64,000 nucleotides of DNA, from the IMG/VR virus record IMGVR_UViG_3300045988_159790; one strand, 5' to 3'. Below are positions 45,551 to 55,397 of the stretch, one piece after another; the stretch's first letter is position 1, and each line of letters begins with the position of its first letter. The notes beneath the pieces are model-generated. The model searched no databases and was not told the origin of the DNA. It was given only the letters and a program-made list of their open reading frames with translations. This stretch comes from a virus. Made by a program: the position numbers and the translations under genes.

Positions 45551-46300
45551 ATGAATTATAGTATTGGACAATATAATAATATAAATGAGTCTTTACAAAT
45601 TATGAGTCCTGTGAGCCAAAGTGGTGACCCATATGAAGTAGAAACTGTTATTGAAGATACAGGTATTGTTTTTAAAGACCCCGCAGTTAAATTAAGTGGG
45701 TCTTTATCTAGTAATAACAATTACTTTTTACATTGTAAAATAAAACGACTTAGTACAGAACAAACTTTTTATGTTAAATTAAGAACTGCAAATGATGCAG
45801 AAACAAAAGAACAGAATATCAAGATTGTAACTGTAAAACAAGGTGCGGGATGGTTTGACCTTCAAATAATTTTTAATCCAATTATAAATTCTTTTAATGA
45901 AATTTTATTTAATTTAACAAGAAGTACAATTGACTATACTAGCGCTCCAAGAAAACCAATTATTATTTTTGAAGAATTATCTGAATTACAAAATTTATTA
46001 GGCGGAAGTGCGATTCCCGCGAGTGTAGTTTTAAAATTAGGAGTTCAAGCAGGACCAGGTCTTAATATGTGTATTAACGGGGAAGGTGTTATGGTTGGTA
46101 ATAGTGGAAAATATGAAGTTAATAATGGAAAAGTTTATGTAACTTTTCTTTCTATTGTTACAACCGCAACAGATACAGATATAGAAGATAAGCAAGCTGA
46201 AAATAAAACAATCTGTTTATTTAACAGAGTGGATGGAGATAATAGAGTACGAAAAGTACGACCATTTACTATTGATTATATTTATGAGGAAGGAGAATAA
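45551..46300 (+). CDS. baseplate-associated hypothetical protein
   Basis: 249 aa ORF with AAAGGAG RBS. Confidence 0.5.
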   Translation: MNYSIGQYNNINESLQIMSPVSQSGDPYEVETVIEDTGIVFKDPAVKLSGSLSSNNNYFLHCKIKRLSTEQTFYVKLRTANDAETKEQNIKIVTVKQGAGWFDLQIIFNPIINSFNEILFNLTRSTIDYTSAPRKPIIIFEELSELQNLLGGSAIPASVVLKLGVQAGPGLNMCINGEGVMVGNSGKYEVNNGKVYVTFLSIVTTATDTDIEDKQAENKTICLFNRVDGDNRVRKVRPFTIDYIYEEGE

Positions 46301-46303
46301 TAA

Positions 46304-47983
46304 ATGGAAAGCTTTTATGGCGGAAGACAAGGTAAATCATTTATTCTAGTTGACCATTTTGACACAATTGCGGATATGGAAAAATGCTTTGCCGCAGGTG
46401 GTAGTACAACAGATAGAGTGAATTATGGAGAATATGTTATTATTGATACTATCATAAATAGACATGATAAACAAGATTTGGACAATGGTAAAGTCTATAT
46501 GCGTAAGATAGATAATACTGCAGAATATATAGGTCAAATTGTAGGACCACAAGGTAATTGTCCTATTGTTGATTTTCAAGAATTTAATGACCCTAATCAT
46601 TATTTAACTGATGGTACGCAGATTTCTACTATTTCTAATACGGGACTTGTACCGGGTAAAGATAGTGCGGGTAATTATAATGATAGTGTAACTACTAAAT
46701 GGGGAATTATGAGAGACAAATATAACAATGTAATAGGCTGTTATATTGGTTTAAAATTTCCTTATTTAGTTGAAGATTATACTGCAACAAGCGTTTCTGC
46801 GTATGTAGATGCATCTATTGATAAGATAGAAGATGAACATCCATTTTATAAGAAGTGGAGAATTAATGTTCCAAAAGGTATTAAAGGTGATGCTGTTACT
46901 GGAGTTGAAACAGTAACAAATAGCGGAAGACAGTATTATAGATTTACAATTACTAACTATGATAATTCAACTCCAACAACAAGAACTGTTGATTTTGATT
47001 ATAATGTAATTAGCAATATTACAGTAGCGGATAATGGTACTTTAACAATATCCTTAACTTGCCATGATGATATTATATTTAGTAATAGATTAAGATGGAT
47101 TGATGAAATGACATTAAATGATAGTGGTGTCTTAAGTGTTACATATAATAATGTTAATAGCCCAACTATTATTAATCAAGATAATCCAGTTAGATGGGTT
47201 AATGGTATGAATATTGCGGCAGATGGTAAAGTTTCTACAACATATAACACTTCAACAGCACCTGTTATTATTAACAATGATAATCCTATTAAATGGATTG
47301 AATCTATATCATTTGCGCAAAATGGTCAGGTTAGTGTAAAATATAATACACAAGAAACTGCTACAATAGTAAATAGTGAAAATCCTATTTTATGGATTGC
47401 CGCAATGTCGATTGATGATGAAGGTCATGTCGTTGCTACCATGAATGATAATAGTGAAAAGAAATCAACTGGTCATTTAAAGTGGTTTGATAATGTCACA
47501 CTCGCGGCAGATGGTACACTTACTTTTGTTTATCATAATTCAGAAGATGGAAATGTTATTTTTAGTAAAGCTATTAAATGGATTAGCGGTATTAAAGTTA
47601 ATACAGGAGATAGTGAAGGCGAAGGGAATCAAAAGCTTAATATAAGTTATAATAATGGAACTAATGAAGATATTGGTAATCCTATTAACTATATTATGGA
47701 AGCTATTGTTTCTCAACCAAATATTGAAAATTCAACAGCAGAACCTTATCATTTATTAATTTTATATGCAGACCCTGCATATCGTGCAGCATTAGCCTCA
47801 CCAGTTAGTTATCCAAGTCAGAAATTTAATACTTTAAGAACAGATTGGTTTGATGCGGGTATGATTCGTGGAGAAAAAGGTGAAGTGACTGGAATAGTTC
47901 CAAGTCAGATTATTAGTACATCTGCAGATAGTTTAGTAGAGAATGGTATTTTATTAAATACAGTAACAATAAAACATGCTTAA
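46304..47983 (+). CDS. tail fibre protein with six to seven ~22-aa tandem repeats (NP.rW..g...dG.vsv.YN)
   Basis: RBS AAGGAG; internal periodic repeats; strong terminator 47988-48016 after. Confidence 0.55.
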   Translation: MESFYGGRQGKSFILVDHFDTIADMEKCFAAGGSTTDRVNYGEYVIIDTIINRHDKQDLDNGKVYMRKIDNTAEYIGQIVGPQGNCPIVDFQEFNDPNHYLTDGTQISTISNTGLVPGKDSAGNYNDSVTTKWGIMRDKYNNVIGCYIGLKFPYLVEDYTATSVSAYVDASIDKIEDEHPFYKKWRINVPKGIKGDAVTGVETVTNSGRQYYRFTITNYDNSTPTTRTVDFDYNVISNITVADNGTLTISLTCHDDIIFSNRLRWIDEMTLNDSGVLSVTYNNVNSPTIINQDNPVRWVNGMNIAADGKVSTTYNTSTAPVIINNDNPIKWIESISFAQNGQVSVKYNTQETATIVNSENPILWIAAMSIDDEGHVVATMNDNSEKKSTGHLKWFDNVTLAADGTLTFVYHNSEDGNVIFSKAIKWISGIKVNTGDSEGEGNQKLNISYNNGTNEDIGNPINYIMEAIVSQPNIENSTAEPYHLLILYADPAYRAALASPVSYPSQKFNTLRTDWFDAGMIRGEKGEVTGIVPSQIISTSADSLVENGILLNTVTIKHA

Positions 47984-47987
47984 TATA

Positions 47988-48016
47988 GGGCGGCTTAATT
48001 GCCGCCCATTTTTTTA
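47988..48016 (+). terminator. intrinsic terminator after repeat-containing fibre gene
   Basis: GGGCGGCTTAATTGCCGCCC + ATTTTTTTATT. Confidence 0.85.
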
Positions 48017-48084
48017 TTGGTCAAAGTTTTGTAATTTATTAATTGAGATTTTTATATTATATATAAATATGGAGGTGTTGTTTA

Positions 48085-48300
48085 ATGAGTAAAAGTGATT
48101 CATCTAAGTTCATCTCACAAATAACACTTGGAGAAGATAAAGTTGTATTAAAAGACCCAAATGCTATTGAGAGAGAAAAAGATAGTGATGTTGAAGCTGT
48201 TTTAAATTTTGTAAATGGTTTTAATATTTTTGGTATGAATATAACTTTAAACAAGGAAGATAATACAATTAATTTTGGAAAACAGGAGGGTGAAGAATGA
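48085..48300 (+). CDS. small hypothetical protein, paralog of next gene
   Basis: RBS GGAGGTG; shares V.LKDPNAI...DSD...LNF.NG..FG...TINFG with 48297..48641. Confidence 0.5.
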   Translation: MSKSDSSKFISQITLGEDKVVLKDPNAIEREKDSDVEAVLNFVNGFNIFGMNITLNKEDNTINFGKQEGEE

Positions 48301-48641
48301 GTGATAAAGTAAGTACGAAGATTACTTTTGAAAATGAAGTTTATACTGTAAAAGACCCAAATGCAATAAATAAATATGAAGATAGCGCTGATTCTGATGA
48401 AGTACAAGGTCAGGGTGATGTAACTGGAATTTTAAATTTTTCAAATGGAATGAAATTATTTGGAATTACTGGTGTCGATTATGATAAAGATACTGAAACA
48501 ATTAACTTTGGGGAATATAATCCTGAAGACAATGCGCCAGTATATAAATTTAAAATAATGACAGAAGATGAGTATTCTGTTTTAACTGATAAAGACCCTT
48601 ATACTTTTTATTTATTAGAAAAAAGTAGTAAGGAGGAATAA
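48297..48641 (+). CDS. small hypothetical protein, tandem paralog; C-terminal ...DKDPYTFYLLEK motif
   Basis: RBS AGGAGGG, ATGA overlap with previous gene. Confidence 0.5.
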   Translation: MSDKVSTKITFENEVYTVKDPNAINKYEDSADSDEVQGQGDVTGILNFSNGMKLFGITGVDYDKDTETINFGEYNPEDNAPVYKFKIMTEDEYSVLTDKDPYTFYLLEKSSKEE

Positions 48642-50545
48642 TGCAAGAATATTATTTAGATGGTAATGATAATAAAACTAAAACAAGTTTTTATCAAGAT
48701 ATTAATAGTGGAATATATAATAATGTTGCTATTGGTAAAATATATTTTGATAATAGATTACTTTGGACTGCACCAAAGAAAAAATATGCTATTATTAATA
48801 TCTATAAAATGAGCAGAATTAGAACAATAGAAAATAATCAGTATAATTATTTAACTTATGATATTAATTTTACAAAAGGCGCCTTACCAGAATATTATAA
48901 TGTAGCAGAAAAAGACTCTCCTGCCGCAATTTATGCAAAAGAAGGTAAGCTTTATTCAACTGCAGATTATGCTTATTTTAGTGAATTAAGATTATTAAAT
49001 TCATATATGGGGTTCGGTGGCATACCGACAGAAGGACCTATCACAAGTCAACCAATTGATATAGGTAATTCAAATATATGGTTTAATAAAAGCAATTATC
49101 ATGGTAGTTATAATGATGATGGATTTATGACTTTTTCAGATTGTTACTGGAATTATCAAAATATTATTTTTCCCAATACTGTAACTAATCTATCCTATAC
49201 TTTTTCAAATGCTTGGGGATTAACTTGGCAGTTACCTCTTAAATCTAGTGATTTTGTATTAAATATGTATTATACTTATTTTAATGCGGGTGGCGGTATA
49301 GAAATTATAAATAATAAAGTTCAAAGAAAATCTATTAATAATTGGAGTACTTTATGTTTAATGCATGAAGGCGGAATTGGCAATAATGTATTAGATATGC
49401 AAAGTACTTTTGAAGGTAGTTCTTTAACGGTTCCACCTTGGCCTCATGCTATGGATAATTCATGGGGTTTTTTTGGTCCTAATACGGTAAGAGCTATATC
49501 TACTTATCGTAGCTGTCCTATGATTACTGCAGTAGGGATTGATTGGATGGGACATAGTGATTCTAATATTTTTCCTACTAATTTAAAATATATTAGTCAA
49601 GTTTTTTATAATTGTCAAAATTTAACAACTGCAGTAGTTGGAGTACAAGACCCAGCAAATACTTATATTTGGGAAGTATATCGTGATTGTCCAAATATAA
49701 ATTTAATACTTATGGACCCAACGGTATCTAATTTTGGAGGTAGTATTTTTGGAGGCTGGAATTGGTGCATTGGTGGGGATTGTGCTTTACTTAAAGATAA
49801 TATAGTTTTTAGAGCTGGTGGTTGTGGTGCTTTGTTAAATGCCAGTGCTTTAGGACCTAGTTTAGGTTATAATGCTAGAAGACAAGTTAATAATATGAGT
49901 TTTAGTATGTCATTAAATGTAGTAGATTTTTCTTATTGCGCAGATTCTTGTTCAAATCTAAATTATTTTGAATTTGAAGGTGAAAATGTTATTAATATAG
50001 CATGGTGTTTTAATAACTGTAATAATTTAAGAAATGTATATCAAAGACAATTAATGCAAAATTGTAATACTGTAGATATGAGCTTTACTTTTTCTTATTG
50101 CCCTAAATTAGAATATGATGAAACTTTATTAATAACTTCAAAAAACTTAATGACTATTCAATGTTGTTATTTTGGTTGTACTAATTTAAAACATATTCAT
50201 GACCGTTATATCACTAGTAATTGGACAAGAATTGGCGGAGATAAATTGGTAAATGTAAGTGCTGCATTTCAAGGATGTCCATTATTAGGTGGTAATTATT
50301 ATTTTGCTTCTGAAAATATCATATATGGAGATTTATTAGGATATCAATCTTCACCTGGAAGAGGGAATATCTTAAATATTTATATTAAATCAAATACTTT
50401 AACAAATAATAGTTTTGCAAAACATTATGCAAAAAATATTTGGTCTAATGGGAATGGTTATGATGATGCTGCAAATAATATTTTTATATATTATGCTGAA
50501 AGACAACCAGAATATAATCGTTATAAAGAAGCTAATTGGGGATAA
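48641..50545 (+). CDS. LRR_5 (BspA-type leucine-rich repeat) protein; putative receptor-binding/fibre protein
   Basis: Repeated F.nC.nL/YY.C.NL units; C-terminal WSNGNGYDDAANNIFIYY motif shared with 51679..54312. Confidence 0.55.
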   Translation: MQEYYLDGNDNKTKTSFYQDINSGIYNNVAIGKIYFDNRLLWTAPKKKYAIINIYKMSRIRTIENNQYNYLTYDINFTKGALPEYYNVAEKDSPAAIYAKEGKLYSTADYAYFSELRLLNSYMGFGGIPTEGPITSQPIDIGNSNIWFNKSNYHGSYNDDGFMTFSDCYWNYQNIIFPNTVTNLSYTFSNAWGLTWQLPLKSSDFVLNMYYTYFNAGGGIEIINNKVQRKSINNWSTLCLMHEGGIGNNVLDMQSTFEGSSLTVPPWPHAMDNSWGFFGPNTVRAISTYRSCPMITAVGIDWMGHSDSNIFPTNLKYISQVFYNCQNLTTAVVGVQDPANTYIWEVYRDCPNINLILMDPTVSNFGGSIFGGWNWCIGGDCALLKDNIVFRAGGCGALLNASALGPSLGYNARRQVNNMSFSMSLNVVDFSYCADSCSNLNYFEFEGENVINIAWCFNNCNNLRNVYQRQLMQNCNTVDMSFTFSYCPKLEYDETLLITSKNLMTIQCCYFGCTNLKHIHDRYITSNWTRIGGDKLVNVSAAFQGCPLLGGNYYFASENIIYGDLLGYQSSPGRGNILNIYIKSNTLTNNSFAKHYAKNIWSNGNGYDDAANNIFIYYAERQPEYNRYKEANWG

Positions 50546-50558
50546 AAGGAGGGCTTAA

Positions 50559-51671
50559 ATGAAAAATTGGAACTTTAATGGTTCATTAAAAGAAAATAAT
50601 AAAAGAGTTCTTACTGAAGCAGAAGGTACTGTAAACATGATTGGCGCAAGAAAAGACCCTTCTGTATCTTTTAATAATGACAATGGTAAGCTTAAAATGA
50701 CATTAAATATACCTGCGGGAGGCGGTTCTTCTGGTGGAGGCAGTGAAGAATCTGGAGTAGGTAGAACATATGTTACTGAAGATGGCGAAAGCCGTGGAGA
50801 ATATTTTAATGTTTATGAAGCACCTGAAGGAACTGATTATATTGGAAATGCATGGGGGTATGGCTCTCATGCAGAGGGCGGAGATTTATGGAGAAGTGAT
50901 GTTTCTCAAACACCTTCTTATTTAGAATATGATGCAGAAAAAATACCCTATAATATAATAGCTAGAGATACTCTTTTTGCAGCAGGGTCTTGTGTATATA
51001 TTCACACTTCTGCAGCGATAGGCTTAAATTCTCATGCCGAGGGGTATCAATGTATTGCTGCGGGAGATGCTTCTCATGCAGAAGGATATAAAACATTTGC
51101 AGATAGTAGTGCATGTGGAGCGTCGCATGCTGAAGGTTATAAAACAAAAGCAACTGGTAAATATAGTCATGCAGAAGGATATCAATCAGAAGCTAGTGGA
51201 GGAGCATCTCATGTAGAGGGTACTAATACAAATGCTACTGGATGGGGTTCTCATGCAGAAGGATGTAGTACAATAAGTGCGTGTGATTATAGTCATGCAG
51301 AAGGATACTATACAAAAGCTAATAGAAGTATGTCTCATGCTGAAGGTAACAATACTATTGCAGATGGAGTAGCTGCTCATGTAGAAGGTAATACAACTAT
51401 TGCAGGTAGCGATTATCAGCATGTACAAGGAAGGTATAACATTGCAGATTATAATAATAAATATGCTATGATTATTGGAAATGGAACTGGTAGTAGTAGT
51501 AATCGTAGAGCCAATGCCTTAACGGTAGATTGGGGAGGAAATCAAACAATTGCAGGTGAATTATATATTAAGAATTCATCCCAACCTTTGATTAGATGTT
51601 TAACTCAATCAGAATATGATAATTTAGCTACTAAAAATCCATATACATTATATTTAATAAAGGAGGAATAA
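50559..51671 (+). CDS. fibre protein with YadA-head/Hep_Hag-like beta-roll repeats (SHAEGY...A.G ~14-aa period, >=10 copies)
   Basis: Periodic SHAEGY.T.A.G repeats; C-terminal ...KNPYTLYLIKEE motif shared with 48297..48641. Confidence 0.55.
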   Translation: MKNWNFNGSLKENNKRVLTEAEGTVNMIGARKDPSVSFNNDNGKLKMTLNIPAGGGSSGGGSEESGVGRTYVTEDGESRGEYFNVYEAPEGTDYIGNAWGYGSHAEGGDLWRSDVSQTPSYLEYDAEKIPYNIIARDTLFAAGSCVYIHTSAAIGLNSHAEGYQCIAAGDASHAEGYKTFADSSACGASHAEGYKTKATGKYSHAEGYQSEASGGASHVEGTNTNATGWGSHAEGCSTISACDYSHAEGYYTKANRSMSHAEGNNTIADGVAAHVEGNTTIAGSDYQHVQGRYNIADYNNKYAMIIGNGTGSSSNRRANALTVDWGGNQTIAGELYIKNSSQPLIRCLTQSEYDNLATKNPYTLYLIKEE

Positions 51672-51678
51672 ATATTAT

Positions 51679-54312
51679 ATGTTAATTATTAATAATTTTA
51701 ATATTTGCGATGGATACTATAATAATAGTCCTCTTATAGCAGCTTATTGGGGTAGTAATTTAGTTTGGCAGAAACAACTTTCTAATCCATATGTTAGATA
51801 TTTAAACGGAATTGCTTTTAAAAATATTTTCGATACTTTAGAATATGGAGCCTATTCTGAAAATATTGCTAATATTTGTTTTTATAATGCTTCTAATGAG
51901 ATAGCTAATCATTTTACAAAAAATATCTTTTTTGCATATAATGAACCAATAAATTTTAGAACTACAACCCGAAATATCTTTATTGAAGATAATAAAGAGC
52001 CTCCTTCAGAAATTTTTCTTGTAGGAGATTGTAGCTATTTATTATCAAAATGGCAAACGCAAGCTTATTATTTTGATATTAAAAATAATAAAAATAAAAT
52101 TCCTTCTTTAAATTTTCATTATGCAGAAAATTTAGCTTTTTTTTTAGGGGACCCCTATTATTATAATTATAAAGTTTATTCAAGATATTCCAAAAATAAT
52201 ACTTTTTATTACTATCTCTTTGATGAAGTACCATTTTCTATAGATTGTGGAGATAATACTTTAAATTTATATTGTGCATATTATAATCAAAATACTATTA
52301 TAAAAGCAAAAAATCTATGTGGTGAAAATACTATTTCACTATATGGTAGTTATGAGAATTGTTCCAATTTAGTAGCTTTTCCGCAATGTAAGAATAATGT
52401 TATAGATATGTCTCGTACTTATTATAATTGCAGCAACTTGATAGGTACTCCAGTATGTGGAGATAATGTTATAAATATGGATTGTACATATTATAATTGT
52501 AGTAATATTACTGGGCAGGCAAGAATAAGCAAAAAAGCTACTATGGTATCTCAGACTTATGCTTTTTCAGGCGTAAATGAGGTAGCTCGAGAATTAAATC
52601 CTCTAATGACCCATTATAATTGGGTATATTTAGGTTGTCATAATATAAAAAATATTTATTGGGATTCAAAAATAAATTATAGAAATATTGGAGAACTAGA
52701 CCATTATGGTTTTTTTAATCATTATTTTAGTGGAGTGTATGCAGATACTGGAATTGAAGAGGCTTTTTTCCCTTTTATTAACAATAATTCATATTATGAA
52801 TTAGAGTCTGGCTACTCTATGTTTCAATCTTGTCAAAATCTTCATAAAATAAATTATTCTTTTGATAATAATATAACTAAAATAAGCGGACATGTCTTTA
52901 TAAATAATAGTTTCTCATATTGTCCTAATTTAAAAAATATTCATTTTCCAAATTATGCAACTTCAGTATCTTTTTTATCTCAAAATACAGGAGTGACTTC
53001 TATTAATTTTGATAATCTTATTAATACTTCTAGTGTTACATTAGACTTATCTTATAGTCAAAATTTAATAGAGGTTAATAGTTGTAATATAAATTATTTA
53101 CGTTCGTATAGAACTGTTTATTATTATTTTGAAAATTGCAGTAATTTAAAAATTTTTAATGTTAGTAATTTAAACCTAGGAGGCGATACCTGGGCTGGAG
53201 GTGTAAAGTTAAATAACTGTATTAATTTATATTCTGCCAAAGTAGATGAGTTTCCTCATGTAAACTTTTATAATTGTAGAAATTTAAAAAATATAGTTCT
53301 TGGAAAAAAAATAAGAGAATTATATCATACTTTTGAAAATTGTATAAGTTTATCATCTGCAATACTACCAGAAGATTTTTCTAATAGTAATAAAACAGGA
53401 CATTATCCAGATAGAGGCTTGCTCTTCTGTATGGAAGCAGCTTTTAAAAATTGTACAAATTTATTATCTGTTAATGGAGGTTTACAATTATTTAGAAGCG
53501 CTGCGGATAGAAAGGAAATTTTTTGTAATTGTTATAATCTTGTAAATGTGCCAACTTCTTTTTATAATAATGCAAAATATAATTTTATTATGTTTCAATA
53601 TGATTATAATACTAATAATTATGGTATTTGGAATAATACTTTTGCAAACTGTTATAATTTAATTACAGCTCCTTTTATTCCTGTTAGGAGTTACAATGGA
53701 TGCTATTTCTATGATACTTATTGGAATTGTACAAATTTAAGGTATTTAAAAGTAGAAGGTATTGATATGAATGATTATTATAATATAAATAAAGATATGC
53801 TTCAATATAACATATCTTTAAGTAGAACTTTTGGATATTGTAGATGTTTGAACAAAGAGGGCTTCGGACCTTTATTTAATAGAATATTAAATAATGTATC
53901 CTTTTTATTTGAAACTTTTATTGGTTGCGATAATTTATATGAAGCTTTTGAAATGCCAAATGTTAGACTAATGGAAGGTGCATATAGTAATTGTAAAAAT
54001 TTAATTACTGCATATAGTGGACCAAATACAATAGATTTATATTCAACATATTCAGATTGTCCTAATTTAAGAGGCAATCTTTATCTTCAAAATAATAATA
54101 TGAATAATATTAGTCGTTGTATTTATAATAGGAATAATCAGAATATTTTAAATATTTATGTAAATTCAAACACAAAAACCAACAATACTTTATATTATAA
54201 TAATTTATATGAAATATGGAGTAATGCAAATTATTGGAATATATGGTCTAATGGTTTAGGATATGATGATGCAAAGAACAATGTTTATGTTTATTACTTA
54301 GATAAAATGTAA
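51679..54312 (+). CDS. LRR_5 (BspA-type) repeat protein, larger paralog of 48641..50545
   Basis: Many NCxNL repeat units; shared C-terminal WSNGLGYDDAKNNVYVYY motif. Confidence 0.55.
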   Translation: MLIINNFNICDGYYNNSPLIAAYWGSNLVWQKQLSNPYVRYLNGIAFKNIFDTLEYGAYSENIANICFYNASNEIANHFTKNIFFAYNEPINFRTTTRNIFIEDNKEPPSEIFLVGDCSYLLSKWQTQAYYFDIKNNKNKIPSLNFHYAENLAFFLGDPYYYNYKVYSRYSKNNTFYYYLFDEVPFSIDCGDNTLNLYCAYYNQNTIIKAKNLCGENTISLYGSYENCSNLVAFPQCKNNVIDMSRTYYNCSNLIGTPVCGDNVINMDCTYYNCSNITGQARISKKATMVSQTYAFSGVNEVARELNPLMTHYNWVYLGCHNIKNIYWDSKINYRNIGELDHYGFFNHYFSGVYADTGIEEAFFPFINNNSYYELESGYSMFQSCQNLHKINYSFDNNITKISGHVFINNSFSYCPNLKNIHFPNYATSVSFLSQNTGVTSINFDNLINTSSVTLDLSYSQNLIEVNSCNINYLRSYRTVYYYFENCSNLKIFNVSNLNLGGDTWAGGVKLNNCINLYSAKVDEFPHVNFYNCRNLKNIVLGKKIRELYHTFENCISLSSAILPEDFSNSNKTGHYPDRGLLFCMEAAFKNCTNLLSVNGGLQLFRSAADRKEIFCNCYNLVNVPTSFYNNAKYNFIMFQYDYNTNNYGIWNNTFANCYNLITAPFIPVRSYNGCYFYDTYWNCTNLRYLKVEGIDMNDYYNINKDMLQYNISLSRTFGYCRCLNKEGFGPLFNRILNNVSFLFETFIGCDNLYEAFEMPNVRLMEGAYSNCKNLITAYSGPNTIDLYSTYSDCPNLRGNLYLQNNNMNNISRCIYNRNNQNILNIYVNSNTKTNNTLYYNNLYEIWSNANYWNIWSNGLGYDDAKNNVYVYYLDKM

Positions 54313-54328
54313 TAAAGGAGAGCAGATA

Positions 54329-54763
54329 ATGATAACAACCACAATAAATAGCTTAACTAAAAAAGCTGAAAATTCAGATACTACATACCAAATTGCAGTA
54401 AAACAATTTCTAGTAGAACCTTTAAGAGGTTCTACTGGAGTTAATAATCTTGAAGAACAATTTTTATTAGGAGTTGATTGTGTAACAACAGAGCAAGAGG
54501 ATTCTAGTACACATGTAAAAACAATAGTACAAGAATTTAGAAACGCGGATTCTGTTACAACTAATTATTATACAATCACTTCAACTATACAACCAGAACT
54601 AAGTGCGGGATACACCGCTGCATATACTGAAATAGAAAGACATGTTCTCTCTTTTGTTTCTGCGGCTGGCACTATTACTGTAGCAACTAAGGTTGTATCA
54701 AAAAAGAAAGAGAACAATATTACTTCTACTAAGACAGTAATTACAAATAGTCTGGCGGGTTAA
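54329..54763 (+). CDS. hypothetical T/S-rich protein, last gene of fibre operon
   Basis: RBS AAAGGAG; strong terminator 54754-54783 overlaps its stop. Confidence 0.5.
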   Translation: MITTTINSLTKKAENSDTTYQIAVKQFLVEPLRGSTGVNNLEEQFLLGVDCVTTEQEDSSTHVKTIVQEFRNADSVTTNYYTITSTIQPELSAGYTAAYTEIERHVLSFVSAAGTITVATKVVSKKKENNITSTKTVITNSLAG

Positions 54764-54783
54764 AATACCCGCCTTCTTTTTTG
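54754..54783 (+). terminator. intrinsic terminator ending fibre operon
   Basis: GGCGGGTTAAAATACCCGCC + TTCTTTTTT. Confidence 0.85.
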
Positions 54784-54974
54784 TAATTAGCTGTAATCTA
54801 ATTTTCTTTGTCAATTCGGACAAGTTTTCACTTTAAAAAATAATCGTATGTCTCCTGTTAAATTGCGAATTTCTACATGAAATAGTTAAAATTTTCCAAA
54901 ATTTCATGACAATTCTACATAAATCACTTAACGCTATTTTTATATAGTATTGCAAGGGAAAGGAGAAAAGAAAA

Positions 54975-55385
54975 ATGTATAATCAAATGCCTTATTTTGG
55001 TCAACAAACTCAGTCGCCATATAGCTTGCCACAATACTACCAGCAAGCACCAACGCCGCAACCACAGTTTGTAGCACCACAACCACAACAACCTACATTA
55101 AAAGGAAGACCGGTTTCTTCAATAGATGAGGCTAAAGCCTCTCAGATTGATTTTGATGGAAGTCTATATCTATTCCCAGATATTGCTAATAAAAGAATTT
55201 ATACAAAGCAGATAAGCGAAAATGGAATAGCTATAATGAATTCTTATTCTTTGCAAGAAGAAATTTCCACACTTCCGCAAGAATATGTAACTAAGGAAGA
55301 GTTTGACAAGGTTGTTGCACAATTGAAGTCTCTATTGGAAGAAAGAGATAAAAAGGAAACACCCAAAGCAACTATGAGTTTTTAA
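54975..55385 (+). CDS. hypothetical protein with Q/P/Y-rich low-complexity N-terminus
   Basis: RBS AAAGGAG; first gene of a separate five-gene unit. Confidence 0.5.
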   Translation: MYNQMPYFGQQTQSPYSLPQYYQQAPTPQPQFVAPQPQQPTLKGRPVSSIDEAKASQIDFDGSLYLFPDIANKRIYTKQISENGIAIMNSYSLQEEISTLPQEYVTKEEFDKVVAQLKSLLEERDKKETPKATMSF

Positions 55386-55397
55386 TAGGAGGTTTTA

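Noticed and set aside
34458-54763. Diversity-generating retroelement targeting the fibre genes
   Set aside because: No reverse transcriptase gene and no template/variable repeat pair detected in the window; the internal repeats are protein-level tandem repeats, not a TR/VR pair.
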